Of a stretch of 64,000 nt of DNA, positions 1 through 12,860 are shown in pieces. Positions within the stretch are counted from its first letter, which is position 1. Each line of letters opens with the position of its first letter. The notes below the pieces were generated by a model, which saw only the letters and a list, made by a program, of their open reading frames with translations, made no database searches and had not been told where the DNA came from. A program made the position numbers and the translations under genes. The stretch is from Cyanophora paradoxa CCMP329 (taxonomy: Eukaryota; Plantae; Glaucophyta). The stretch covers positions 138,054-202,053 of the forward strand of contig QPMI01000429.1 of assembly GCA_004431415.1 (NCBI GenBank), in the 5' to 3' direction.

Positions 1-539
1 TCGCCGGGGGCCGGGCGGACCTGAAGCCGACGGCCATCGACCTGGCGGGGGCGCGCTACCAGGGCCGCTACATCGCCCAGATGGCCCACCGCATGACCCT
101 CACCAAGGCGCCCCCGCCCCGCCCCGGTCCCGGCCTTTGCTGACGGGGCGGGGCGGGGGCCTGCGCAGCACCTGAACCTGGTCTTCCCCCAGCCGCCGGG
201 CGTCCCGGCCGCCGCCGTCGCCGTCGCCACCGCCTCCGCCACCGCCACCATCTCCAGCCCCGCCCCCGCCATCTCCCCCGCCCCGCCCCCGCCCTCCGCC
301 CCCGGCTACGCGCCCTCCCCCGTCCCCCCGCCCCCGCCGCCCACCCGACCGAGGCAGCCCCCGCGGGGGGCGCCCAGAACCTCGTCCCGTACGGCTCCCC
401 CGCCGGCTACGCGCCCCCCGCCCCCTCCACCGCCCCGCCCCTCTCCTACTACGGCGCCGGCGCCGGCGGTCAGACCGGCGCGGCAGCTCCGGCGGCCCCA
501 GCAACGCAGGGCGGCGGCGACATCTACCAGAAGCGCTAG
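1..539 (+). CDS. 3' end of a WrbA/flavodoxin-like NAD(P)H:quinone oxidoreductase with a Pro/Ala-rich tail (partial, spliced)
   Basis: Frame 3 reads AGGRADLKPTAIDLAGARYQGRYIAQMAHRM, resembling the WrbA C-terminal helix (A-RYQG). A GC-AG intron at 108-168 has a CTGAC branch site and is followed by a Pro-rich exon; the stop near 537-539 is approximate. Confidence 0.5.
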
Positions 540-939
540 CTCAGCGGCAAGCGCCCCCTTCTCCCCCACTCACCCCTTCCCCGCCCGCCATGGCCATTGG
601 GGCATGTTGTGCATTTCTCATGTATCGAGCAGCGATATTGCACCGTGAACAGTGAACCTAGTGAATTTATATGAAAAACATGTTGGGGGGAGGGGGTTGC
701 GCGGCTAAGAGAAGCACGCCCAGTGCAGACCTGAGCAGGCAGGTCGATGGCAAGAGGCTGAGCAGCACCAGTGCGACGGAGCAGCAGAGTCTCGGTAGGA
801 TTGAGTACAGAGGGCACAAATATAGCACTAGACATAGCTGCAGCGAGGCTAGTCATAGTGCTAGGGCTATTCTGAGCGTGCTAAGATGGTCGCTGGACCA
901 AATGGCAACGCGTACAAGGGTACAGGCCCAGAGGACAGG

Positions 940-2230
940 GCTAAATTGCAAGGGGGGGTCAGCTGCTCAAACCCCCCTTAAGGATGCACGCTGTCCAAGT
1001 CGGCCAGTTTCAAACCCGTCGGATTGTCTGTCACGCTGTCCAAGTCGGCCAGTTTGCAAGATAAAGATGGCAAAAGTCTTTTTGCTGTACCCAGTGTACA
1101 TGTAGCGCCTCGCCGGCCCTCGCGCCGGCGGCTGTTGCCACTCCAGCGGCTGGCGCCCGGCCGCGGCCGCGGACCGCAAGCTTAAGTCGGCCCGACTCCG
1201 CCGGTGCGGAACTACCTAGCTAGGACATACAACCCGCGCCATGCGCGCAAAGCCGCGCGCGGCCGCGCGCCATCTGCAGCTGGCGGCTTCTCAATGGCAG
1301 GCAAGCCGAGGAAGCAGCAGCTGCCGCCACGGCAGCCGCTAGACGGCGCTAGCGACCGGCGAAACGTCCTACCGCATGCTGCCGGTCCGCCCCTCCCCTC
1401 GCGTCGCCTGGCCTCTAGCCTCTAGCAGCTGCGCATGCCAGCACCATGGCCAGGTCGTGTTCGAAGTGCTCCTGGGCGCCATCCGCATCGGCCCGCGCCG
1501 CGCCGGCGTCACCCTCGCGCACCGATGCCGGCATGCCGGCATGCCGCTTTGCAGCCAGCAACAAGCTCATCGGGTGGCAACGGAAGAGCGCGGGGCGGCG
1601 GGCGGGGCGCGTGGAGGAACGCGCGGAGGCGTGCTCCACCGCGGCTCGCCGGCTGGGGCGGAGCCGCACGCCTGACTGAGTTGCGCGGCGGCGCGGCTCG
1701 CCGGGCGGGGCGGAGCGCGGTGGCCGTGGGTCGCAGGCGGCTCGACGGCGGGCGGAGTCGCAGCGGGCGGCGGCGCGGCTCGACGGGCGGGCCCGGGCGG
1801 TGCGGAGGCGCGGCGGGCGGCGGCGCGGCTCGCCGGGCGGCGCGGAGGCGCGGCGGGCGGCGGCGCGGCGCGGCTCGCCGGGCCGGGCGGAGGCTCGGCG
1901 GGCGGCGGCGCGGCTTGGCGGGAGGGGCGGGGCGGAGGCGCGGCGGGCGGCGGCGCGGCTCGACGGGCGGGGCGGGGCAGAAGCGCGGCAGGCGGTCTCC
2001 GGGCGGCGCGGTTCGCCACTGGGGCCAGGCGGGGCCCGGGGCGGCCTGCGAAGTCCGACGGTCGTGCACGTGGCGGGCGGCCACGCCCGGCGGGGTGGAG
2101 GCGGGCGGGTTTCCATTTCGCGCTGCTTCTGCGAGCGTTGGCTGCAGATCTAAATGCTGTCTCTATTATTTAGACCCCACCTTGCACATCCTGAGACGAG
2201 CGGGGGGCGAGCGCGAGTCGAAGACCTAGT
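940..2230 (+). mobile_element. Unclassified CTAG-ended repeat element, copy A (inverted relative of 19566-21054)
   Basis: Blocks ttgcaagggggggtcagctgctcaaacccccctt, acccgtcggattgtctgtcacgctgtccaagtcggccagtt and tttagaccccaccttgca..ctgagacgagcgggg..gagtcgaagacCTAGta recur in reverse complement at ~20445-20530 and 19566-19627. The left boundary is uncertain and may extend to the CTAG at 658. Confidence 0.6.
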
Positions 2231-2330
2231 AAGGGAGCAGAGGCCAAGGGCCTAGCTAAGAGCTAGAGGACTAGCCGACGAGCCGAGCGAGTCGGAAAGT
2301 GGATGGCACAGGGTATGTATATGTTAACGT

Positions 2331-4922
2331 TCAGAGTTGTGTGTCGCGATCGGCCCAGTAGGGCTCGACTTTCACACCGGCGCCGAGGGCATCCTGAAGC
2401 TCCTGCGACCACAACGGCGTCGGTGAATTCGAAGGCACGAATTTGAATAACAGGAATGTATAAAAAACTCGAGAATTCGAAGAGCGCACGGCGAGCTGGC
2501 GGCGCTGCTCGTCTTGCATCGCGGCGCTGGCGTGGCTGTCCACTACGTAAGCACGCAGGCGCCGGAGGCGGCCGCGCAGGGCGGCGGTGATGTCGGGGGG
2601 CAGGGGGAGGCTCAGCTCCGCCCCGGTAGCGAGCTCCCGCAGACCGGTCATGTCAGACGCGATGCGCTGCGTGATCATGTAAATTGAAAGAAACGCTTGG
2701 ATTCGGAATCGAATTGCAATCTGCAGCGCACGCGCACCGAGAGGAGAGCGACGAAGTCCTCTGCGCCGATCTCGCTGTGCTCGGCAGGGATGTCGAGGCT
2801 CCGGACTCTGTCCCAGGCCGCCAGGGATCGCTGGGAGAGGGCCTTGAAGCAGTCCGATGAGAGCTCAAGCTTCGCATCCTGCGGCGCGGCGTGGGTCAGG
2901 GCGGGAGGCGCGCAGCAGTGGCGGGCCGGGGCGGCCTCGGGCTCGCCTCGAGCGCCTCGAAGCTGGCGAGCACTTCAGCGAGGGCGCGGGCCTTGCGCTT
3001 CTCGTGGGTGGCCTCGAGGTCGAGGAGGCGGAGGCGGGGGGCGAGGCAGCGGAGCTGCGCGGGGTCCACGTCGTCCAGCATGGTCTTGAACGCCTCCAGG
3101 CGCGGCAGCGACGGCAGGTACGAGACGTCCTCGATCGGCTCGCAGTTGGCGGCCACGTCCAGCGCTGTGCATGTACACGTGCGCAACGCGAGCTCGAGTG
3201 AATGGCGCGTACGTGAGGGAGGAAGGGGAGGGGGGGGGGGGGGGGGGGGAGGGGGAGGGGAGGAGGGGGGAGAAGGAGGGGAGGGGGAGGGGGAGGAGAG
3301 AGGTGGGGAGGGGAAACGGGGAGAGGGCGGGGAGGGGAGAGGGGGGGAGGGGGGGGTGCGGGCGGCAGCGTGCACGTGGAAGCGCTATAGCTAGCTGAGG
3401 GAAGGAGAAATTCAGAGTGCCATGGCGCACATCGGAGGGCCGTCAGGGAGGAGATGGCGAGCAGGGGCGTCGCCTCGCCGTCCGCCTGCAAAGCAAAGTG
3501 CTCGAGCTGGGGGAGGCGGGCGAGAGACTCCAGGGAGATGTCGAAATGACCACGGGTGTTGAGGCTCAGGGCTGCGAGTGTGTGAGGTGTGAGAGAGGTG
3601 CAAGTGTACGAAGACCAGCGAGCTCACATCGGAGGGAAGTCAACGGGGTGAGGGGCCCGATGACATCTGCCGGCCCCTGCACCTGGCGGCTACGTATATG
3701 TCGGCCGTCGAAGTCGACACGACTTTCGAGATTGAGGCGCAGCCGCTCGAGCCCAGGGAATGCCGCCGCGATGAAGTACAGACCGTTCTCCGCATTGGCA
3801 GAGAACGGGTGGACGCTGAGCTGAGAAGAGGCGTCGGCGGGGTTGAAGCGAAGAGTCGCCCGGAGAGCAGTGAGCCGGACTCCAAGGGACGAGAGAGCGA
3901 CGAGGGCTCCAGGGCTGATCTCGAGGCCCCTGTAGCCGTTCTTGAGGTCAAGACAGGACAGTCGCGGGAGGTAGCCGAGCGGCCAGAGGTGCTGGGGGCC
4001 CCACGCGCAGCTTTCGCAGCTCTCGTCTGAAGCTGGACCCAAGCGGAGGGCGCGAAGGGAGCGGAAGCGAGCGAGGGGTGCCAACGAGAAAACGGGGGAG
4101 ATCTTCACTTGGGTGGTGCGCGAGCTGGGCCGCACGAGCCCTCCGGGCCCTATCGCAGGCATATACATCTCCATCTGCGCATGCAGGAGATTTAACTGGA
4201 GATCATCGCGCGACCGCAGACATCATGATCATGATCATGATCATATATATGCATTTAGAGAATTCCGAAAAATCGATCGTGATCGACGGCGGGCGCGGAC
4301 CGTGAGAGGAGCAATCGTGACATCGAGCTCCTCTATCCCGCTCACGCGCGCCGCCCCTTCGCACTGCCGATCCAGCGCCGCGTCACACCCAGGCTCTATC
4401 TGGATGTTCTCGCCGGGCAACGTCGGCAGCTGCTTGAACGAGAACTCCAGCCGCGCTCGCGGCGCTACGCCGCCTGTCTGCACGAGCTCGTCGAACCGTC
4501 GGCATACTCTCCGCAGGCGGCACACTCGCCACAGGTCGACCCAAGGCTCGGTTGGCGCCGCTCCGGATCCCGCCGACCCCGACGTCAACGCGGCCGAGCT
4601 GGCGACGACCGTGCGATGCTTTGCTTCGAGTTCGTCGCAACAGAATGGCTCATCCCCGCGGCTTTCTTCGCTCGCGCCCGCCTGCCGAATGATGCGGACC
4701 AGCAGCGCGTCCGGCAGGCCGAGGAGCGCAGATTCCTGTATGTCTCCGCAACATAAGCTCGAAGTTAAAGCAGCGCATGCGGCGGACGCAGACCTCGTAA
4801 TCGGCGTGGCCTCCTGTTCCACATGCACTCGAGCTCGCGCTCGAATCGAGTCGACGCGCTCGCGCACCCGTGCCCTCGCTGAGTGCTGCATCGCTCGCCG
4901 CCCTCTTCCCCTTACGATCCAT
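2331..4922 (-). CDS. F-box/leucine-rich-repeat protein (multi-exon)
   Basis: F-box-like LLGLPDALLVRII and LRRVCRRF, followed by LRR-like segments FRSLRALRL, LPRLSCLDL, FPGLERLRL, LTPLTSLRC and LPRLEAF spread over ORFs 4241-4969, 3566-4174 and 2896-3375 and separated by introns. Confidence 0.6.
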
Positions 4923-5216
4923 GCCGAAATTGGGCCTGGATGGCAGCTGGAATGATCGCTGGACGTCAATTCTTCAGGAGGACAGGCAGGGGGGTAGAGG
5001 GCGCAATGGGCGACCTCGAGCTATCTCGATATTAGGTGCAGAGGCCGCAAGCGTAGGCAGCAGCCTCGCGCAGAGATTCTCTCGAGCTCGCCCGGCGCCT
5101 GTATAGCTAGCTGAAGAATCCCGGCGCGCGCGAGTCAGCACCTCGAGCGCACGCAGTAGCCAGAGCGCAAGAGAGTGAGCTCCCAGCGCGCCACCGCTTG
5201 ACGCAAGCGGGGTGCG

Positions 5217-7717
5217 ATGCTGGTCGCCGCGCTCGTCATCGGCGCGCTCTCGTTCGTCATCTTCGTGTTCCCGTGGCTACTCTCGAACGCGGCAAAGGTC
5301 TTCTATGAGCCCACGGGCTACAACACTGTCCTCGTGAGCGCTTCCGCTCCCCGCCCTCGCGCTCCGCTCACGCCCCTCGCAGGTCCACGAGTGCCCGTGC
5401 GCGAGGGCGCTGCGCGTGCGGGGATCTCCGCGCGCAGCTCAGCGTCCCCGCGGGGTGCGCAGGTCGTTGAACGGGAAGCGGAAGTACTGGCCGACGCCGT
5501 GGCTCTGGAGCGGGCACCTGCAGACGCTGCGGGTCGTGTGGATGACGACAGAGCCCGTCATCGACTACATCCGGCAGCTCGTGCCGATGGACGACGGCGG
5601 GTCGATCGCGGTGGACTGGAGCTCCTACGGGTTCCGGCGGGACGAGCGCGGGGCGGTGACCTCGGCGCCGGGCTACGAGCGGACGCCGCTCTTCCTCGTG
5701 CTGCACGGCCTCACGGGGGGCAGCCACGAGCAGTACGTGCGCAACTTCATCGCCGAGGCGCACCAGAACGGCTGGCGCGCCGTCGTGGTCCGCCCCGCCC
5801 CGCCCCCGCCCCCGCCTCCTCTCCTTTCCCGCTCGCCCCGGCCCCGCTCACGCGCTCCCCCGCCCTCTCAGATGAACGCCCGGTCCGCTCCTGCTCTCTT
5901 CCCACGCGCGCGCCGCCGCCGCCTCCTGCCGGCCGCCGACACTGCGGGGCGGGGCGGGGCGGGTGGCAGCGGGTGCGGGGGCTCGCAGCTGGTGACGTCG
6001 CAGTGGTTCTGCGCGGCGTGGACGGCCGACGTGCGCAAGATCGCCGTCGACGTCCAGCGCGTCGTCCCTGACGCCCCCGTCATCGGCATCGGGTCCGCCC
6101 GGGCCCTCTCCTCTCCACCCCTACCGCCCTCCGCCCGGCTCAGCGCTGACCCACGCCAGGTTCTCGCTGGGCTCGAACATCCTGGTGAAGTACCTGGGGG
6201 AGGAGGGCGAGGCGACGCCCCTCGCCGCCGGCATCTCCGTGGGCAACCCCTGGCGCGCCCCTCCCGCCCCGCCCCTCCCGCCCTCCCGCCCGGCCCCTCC
6301 GGCTCACGCGGGGCGGGCCAGGGACCTGCCGGAGAGCTCGCGGCAGCTGAGCGCCTTCATGTCCCGCGTCACCTACTCCCGCGTCATGGTGCCACCCCTC
6401 CCCCCGCCCGCCCACCCCGCCCGCTGCCTGGAGAGCTCACCCGCCCCCGCTACCGCCCCCGACCTTGCCTGGGCTCCTGCCCCGCCGGCCTGTCCCCCTA
6501 GGTGGCCGTAGAAGCGCCCCCTGCTCCCTCGCCCCCGCCAGCTGCGCACCCCCCCGGGGCGGCTGGAAACCCCCGGGGCGCAGGCGCAGAGCCTGATCAA
6601 GCACTTCCTGGAGAATGCGCACTACTACGACGAGTGGGACGGCATCTGCCGCGACCGCATCATCCGCGTCCGCCCCGCCCCGCCCCGCCCCGCCCCGCCC
6701 CGGCCCCGGCCCCGGCTTCTTTCCCCCGAGCGCGTCTCACTCCTGCCCGCCCCGCAGTCCCGCACCGTTCGCGAGGCGAGCGAACGCGCGAGGGAATAGG
6801 GGGGCGGGGCCCCGCGCGCGCCCCGCCGCGCCGCGCCGCGCTGACCGCGGCTCGCGCCAGTTCGACGACACGTTCACGCGGGTGCTCTTCGGCTACGAGT
6901 CTGTGGACGCCTACTACCGCGACGCCTCCAGGCCCGCCCCGCCCCCGCCCCCGCCCCCGCCCCCGCCCTCTTCCCTGCTCTGAGCGGCCCGCAGCGCGTA
7001 CTACCTCAAGGGGTGCGCCCCGGGGCGAGGGGCTCGCCTGAGCCCAGCTCCTCCACCCCTCACTCCGGGGGCGGCGCGGCGGGCAGGGTGCGGGTGCCGC
7101 TGCTGGCCATCAGCGACATCGACGACCCCATCTGCTCCAGGCGCGCCCCGCCCCTCCCCTCCCCGCTGGGGCCCCCGATCCGCCGCGCCGGCCCGAGCGG
7201 GGCGCAGCTCGGCGGTGCCTTACGCGGACTGCCGGGCGAACGAGAACCTGATCCTGGCGACGACGCGCCGGGGCGGGCACCTCGGCTGGTTCGAGGGCTG
7301 GGCCTCCTCCTCTTCCTGGTCCGCCCCCCGACCCGGCCCCGGCCCCGGGGCCCCGCCGCTCACCTGAGCGCAGGGTCAACGGGGCGGCCGCCGAGTTCAC
7401 CGCCGCCCTCCTCCGCCTCCGCGTGCGCCCCCGGCTTGCCCCCGCCCCACGCCCTGTGCTCCTCGCCCTCCCTCACGCGCCGCCGGCCCGGCGCCCGCCC
7501 CGCTCGCCACCAGCTGGAGCACGGGATGACGCGCAGCGAGAAGCACCCGGCCGTCGTGCCGCCGCCGCCCCCGACCGCGCGCCTCGGGGCCAGCGGCAGC
7601 CCCTCGGGCTCGCCCGCTCCGTGCCCGGCCTGCTCAGACGAGGGCGCCGGCTGCGGCGGCGGCCCCGGCGGCCCCGGCGCCAAACGGCCCTCGCTGAGCT
7701 CCCACCGCGGGGACTAA
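5217..7717 (+). CDS. ABHD1/3 (YheT/EHT1-EEB1-like) alpha/beta hydrolase, multi-exon
   Basis: N-terminal hydrophobic helix, then YWPTPWLWSGHLQT, DDGGSIAVDW, LHGLTGGS, nucleophile elbow G-FSLG across an intron, DDPI and GGHLGWFEG. Splicing short C-rich introns restores the frame. Confidence 0.9.
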
Positions 7718-9019
7718 TCACGCTGCTTGCGCCCTCCGCCCTCCGTCCCTTGACCTGAGCCCCCGCGTTTCTCGCTCGGAATCGAATTGCAAGCGGGCAG
7801 CCCCCTTCACTTGTGTGTGTGTGCTCCGGTACCCCTAGGGGCCCGGTTTATAGTCGTCCCCCTCACTCCTTCCCCGGTTTGACCCGGGCCCCTACGGCGT
7901 GAAAGCCAATAGGGGGGAGCTCCTCCCACATGTAGGAGGCGGGGGAAGACTTTGCAGCTGGCTTAGGCAGGTTACCTGTGGGGCATAAGCACTGGTAGCT
8001 CTCCTGTTTTCAGCAGCCTTTCCACTGCAATGTGTGCGTTCCAGAGGGCTGTATCTGGGGGTGGGTTGTTCCAGCACACGTGTGCTTGCTCGTCATCATT
8101 CGGCGTCAGTTTCCCCCTGCATATCCTGCATCGCGAGTGGCCACTGTTATTTTTGAGCTCCTTAGCCTCCTCCAGTGCTCGTTTCCGTTGTGAAATGACG
8201 CTCCGGCGTGCCCGTGATCCACTTGCAACTTCAGTGGCCTGTTCATTATGACCAGTACTAGAGCTACTAGGCTAGCACTGGCTGCAGTCGCGGCCGAGCC
8301 CGAGAGCTGTAAAAGTGCCTGCACAGCTTCGATTTCGGGATTCGTAATATTAATTGCATGCGCCGGCGCCATTGCGCCCTGCGGCTGTGCTTCGGTTCTT
8401 TCACGGTCGCGATCGTTGTTAGCCACATGTACAGCTACTGTTTGCGGGGCTGTGCATGCGGGGGCGCCGGTTGTCCGGGCCCTGGAGCTCGGGTTTGAGC
8501 TCAAGTTTGGGATTTGATCCGTGCTCGTGGCTGCATTGGGCCGGGGCGCTTCCGTGTCGCTCTCGAGGCGGCTGTGCCCAAGGCGGTTTGGGGGCAAGCG
8601 TTGCCAATGTTTGCTAACGGTCTGCGCACTGTCGTTCCGGCGGTAGCGCTTCCCGATCTTGTTGGTACGTCAGCTGCAGCGCTAGCCGGGTTTGCTCGCG
8701 TACTTGCGGCATATTGCCCTTCACTGGGGGTACACCCCCCTTCTCCAGAAAAAAAGCGGTCGATCAAGCTCGTCCGATCGATATCCCCTTCAGTGAGCGG
8801 AATCGAATGGCTTCGCCTAACGCGCTACCTGTAGCTGTAGTCGGCACGCAAAGCAGATCGCCAGGCCGCGCAGCTCGAGGCCGGCACAGATAGATAGAGC
8901 AGAGCGCGCACCGCACGTTCCGATCGCCGCTGTTCGCGTTCTGCAAGCATCGAAAGGCTCCGGAGTCAGAGCGAGGCGGGCGCGCACAGCTCCTTCATCC
9001 CTTTCGTGAGATCGACCAG

Positions 9020-10626
9020 ATGTCTGGATCGACCGCCGAGGTCGCGTCGCCGACGCGCTCGTGGTTCTCCCGTCTCCTCGGCGATTCCCGCCGTCCTCCG
9101 CCGTCCTCCCCGGCGCCGCCGGCCGCTGCCTCGCCGCAGGCTCCCGCCGACGCCGCGCCCCAGGCTCCCGCCTCGGCCGCGAGTGCGGCTTCGCCAGCTG
9201 CCGCAGCCACAAGTGCACCGGCACGCCCGTCCCTTTTTGCAGAGCCCGCGTTTTGGCTGCGAACTGACATCTCTTTTCTTCGCAGCAGCAGCCCGCTCGC
9301 CAGCCGCCCCAGCCTCCACCGCGGCCGCCGGTCCAGGTCCCGGCTTCGGCTCCGCCCTTGTCGACCCAGCCCTCTGCTCCGCCTCCTCCTCCCTCGGACC
9401 CGGCGGGTTCCGTGGTGGACGCCGCCCCCGCCGCGAGCGCCCCCACCGTTGGCCTCGCGCCGCCGCCCCCGCCGCCCCCGCCAGCGCCCGCCGCGCGCCC
9501 GCCCCCACCACCGCCAGCGGCCACCGCGCGCCCGCCGCCGCCTGCGGGCGTCGCGCCGCCGCCCCGCCCCTGCCGCCCTTCTGGCAGGGAGGCCCCACAA
9601 GCCAGCTCGCTGGCCCGCCTCCGCCCCCGCCAGCGCCCGCGCAGCGCGCCCTGCCGCCCCGGCCTCCGGGCGCCCTGCCGCCCCCGCCTCGGGGCGCCGC
9701 GCTGCCGCCGCCGCCGCCGCCGCCGCGGGCCCGCCGTCGGTCGAGGAGGACCCGGTGGCGCTGCGCGGGGCGCGGGCCATCCTCCGCCGGACGCTCGGCC
9801 TGCGCGACGCCCGCATCCGCGACCTCCAGCGCACCGTCCGCCGCCGCCGCCCCCCGCCGCCCGCCGCAGCCGACGCTCGGGCAGGTGGAGCGGCAGGAGC
9901 GCGCCGCGAGGGTCGCCGACACCCAGCTCCAGCTCCTCCGCCAGAAGGTGCCCCGTGCCCCCCCCCCCCCCCCCCCCTCCCCCCCACACCACCCCCGGCT
10001 CGGCCGACGGGGACCCCTCTGCAGGTGGCGGTGCTCTCGGGCTGGCGGGCGACGCCGCGGCGGTAACGGGCATGACCGCCGAGCAGCTCGAGGAGTGCGC
10101 GAAGAAGCTCGCCGAGACCGAGGCCCGCCCGCCCCGCCCCCTGCCGCCTCCCCCCCGCCCCCTGACCCTGACCCTCTCTGCAGGTCCGCCTGAAGGCCCT
10201 CGCCATCGAGAGGCGCAACGCCGAGATCGAGCGCCGGTCCGCCCGCCCCCGGGGCCCCCGCTCCAGCGGCGCCGGCTGAGGCCCGCGGCGGCGGCGGCGC
10301 GCAGGGCGAAGGACCTCGACGCCCTCATCCGCGTCGTCGCCGAGAACTGCAGCGACCCGGCGGCCGCCGCCGCGCGCGCGGGGCCCGGCTCGGCGGCCGC
10401 CGCCCACCTGCGCGCCGCGCACGGGGCCGCGGCGCTGGGCGCGGGGGCGGGCCCCAATGGCAAGGGCGGCCGCGAGCGCGAGTGCTGCGTCTGCCTGGTG
10501 GAGCCGGCGAGCGTGGCGATGGTCCCGTGCGGGCACCGCGCCCTCTGCCGGCCCTGCAGCGGCCGCCTCGAGGCCTGCCCCGTCTGCCGCCGCCGCGTCT
10601 CCTCTCGACTTGTCGTCTACGACTGA
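9020..10626 (+). CDS. C-terminal RING-HC (C3HC4, IAP/MGRN-type) E3 ligase-like protein, multi-exon
   Basis: ECCVCLVEPASVAMVPCGHRALCRPCSGRLEACPVCRRRV at the C-terminus; coiled-coil exons upstream (LRDARIRDLQ, LGQVERQERAARVADTQLQLLRQK). Confidence 0.8.
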
Positions 10627-10740
10627 GCGCCCGGCGACGGCCGCAGGGCTCTTTCGGCTGTTAACGTCGCTTTAATATTAATGCTGCACGCTGCATGCGC
10701 CGTGGGCAAGCGTGGCCTAGGCGAAGCTAGCTATGGCTAG

Positions 10741-10741
<1 letters not shown>

Positions 10742-10784
<43 letters not shown>
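10742..10784. repeat. (TA)n microsatellite
   Basis: About 21 TA units, read directly from the sequence. Confidence 0.95.
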
Positions 10785-10786
<2 letters not shown>

Positions 10787-12329
10787 CGAAGCGGCTCAGA
10801 ACCGAGTCAGAAGCCCTGCGCTAATTATAAGCCGGCGCCTGCCCCGTTCGCGCACGTGCACTACGGTACTGGAAATCGGTGGTCAACACTAGATCTAGCT
10901 GTACTTCCCCCCGCGCCTCCCCGCCCCCGCCCCCCCGCGCCCCCCCCCCCTCCCCACCCTCCCCGGCCCCCCTATACGTATACTTTGATATAAAAAGGGG
11001 GTAGATCGAAGCTTAAGCAGAACGGGAAAAAAGCGTTTTTTTTGCAAAATATAAAGTGGACGTCGCATTGACACACCACGGCACATGTATCAATGTTCTA
11101 CGTGACGTGCCCTTCCGACCGGTCATCTATCTAGCCGAAGGTGCTAGCTAGGTGCCGGCCATGGGTCGCTCAATATGGGAGGTTCGCCTGAGTGGGGGAG
11201 CCATGGTTTTCGGTGATAGCCGTAACCAGACCCGCGCGCCCACCCCTTGATCATGATCAACTCCTCCATCCCTCATGAGCCCTGGAAGTGAAATGTCTCG
11301 CAGTCCGCCGGCGCCGCCCTCCCTTGCCGCCGCTCAGCGGCTCCGCCACCCCTCCTCCTCCTCCTCACTCCGCCTTCTCCCTCCGCCTCACCTGCGCCCC
11401 AGGACCCCGATTAATCGGTGTCCCGTTTTGTTGAGGTGAAGAAGGTGGCAGGAAGAAGATATATTGCAAGGGGGGGTACCCCCTCCCTTGCTCCCCTGGT
11501 GAGTTGGTGCGGCGTACTTTCTGTGTTAGCAATTTTTGTAAGATGAGATTCTTTGCATGCGCTCTCGTATAGGTGTGATCGCATCGTAGCCGCTGCGAGC
11601 GGCGGAAAAAAATGCAGGGGCGGGGCTGCGCAAACATGTCGAGCTCGCTCCTCACCTGCTATCGCTATATGCGCCGGACCACGTGCTCCTGAATGCTCTC
11701 GATGCGCTCTACAACTTCTGTCATACATGCCCGGGCTCGGGGAGCGGCGCGCGGCGCGCTAGGCCGCCTCAAGTACCTGTTGTACCGGGCGCCGGAAAAA
11801 AGCGCTCCTGAGAGTTGGAGGCGCATCGAGACTCGAGCAGGGGGGAATGGCGCGTGTCTTGGGTACCACAACGTAGCACGCATGACGCCGTCCGGCGGAG
11901 CCCTGCTGCCTCTGAACCTAGCAGCAAGCGAAGTTCAGCTCTGCTCTAGCTCGCGACCTTGCTCCGACCCACGCGGCTGCCATCCGGGCGGCAAATGCAC
12001 TCGCTTGCGGGAAGCACTTCACTCGGCAGGAAGGAAGAAGGCGCCCGCGACGCCGCTTTCCGGTGCGCGTCGCTTGGCCGAGTGATGATCATGACTGCCC
12101 CGCGCCCGCCGCCCGGCTGCAATCAAGCTCGGCTCGGACGAAAGGTGAGCTCGCATGCCGCCCGGCAATCCCGAGCAGAGCGCGCACAGAAGCCATGTCG
12201 AACAGCTCCTCTTGCGCATCTTCTTTTCAGCCTCGCGCGCCCACTTCTCCGGCTGCGGCCTCGAGCTCGGGCCACGCCGTACGCGTTGGCCCCGTAGCAG
12301 AGGGTGGCGGCGTCGCAGTATTCGCAGCT

Positions 12330-12676
12330 GCTCCTAGTACGCAGCGCCGGGCTAGGCCCCGCCCCCGCGCCGCGGCTGTCCGGGGCGAGCTGACGCCTCG
12401 GCTCTTAAGCTTCGCAGGCTATGCGCAGGGCCCGGCGCCACCTGCCGCTCCGCCCGCTTCCTCGTCCTCCGCCCCGCCCGCTGCCTCAGCTTCGTCGACT
12501 CCAGGTTCGCCCCGCCGCTGCTGCTGCGCACCTTACCCGGCCGTCCCCGCTGGGCCTCGCCTCCGCGCCGAGGCTCTCCGGGGCGAGCTGACGCCTCGCG
12601 CCGGGCTCTGCGCAGGCTATGCGCAGGGCCCGGCGCCACCTGCCGCTCCGCCCGCTTCCTCGCCCGCCGCCCCCCG

Positions 12677-12709
<33 letters not shown>

Positions 12710-12860
12710 CTGCCTCAGCTTCGTCGACTCCGGGTTCGCCCCGCCGCTGCTACCGCACCTGGCCCGGCCGCCGCCGCTGGGCCCCGCCCCTGCACGGCCG
12801 CTGTCTGGGGCGAGCTGACGCCTCGGCTCTGCGTATGTGCAGGCTATGCGCAGGGTCAGG
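12330..12860 (+). repeat. Imperfect tandem repeat, ~200-230-bp unit, about 2.5 copies
   Basis: ggcgagctgacgcctcg...gcaggctatgcgcaggg recurs at ~12385, ~12582 and ~12809; gctgcctcagcttcgtcgactcc recurs twice. Confidence 0.75.

Noticed and set aside
1680-2030. GGCGGCGCGGCTCG-type repeats as a coding repeat protein
   Set aside because: Low-complexity interior of the repeat element, open in most frames only because of GC content.
3215-3360. G-rich tract as a special G-quadruplex element
   Set aside because: It is the complement of a C-rich intron of the minus-strand F-box/LRR gene, like many other introns here.
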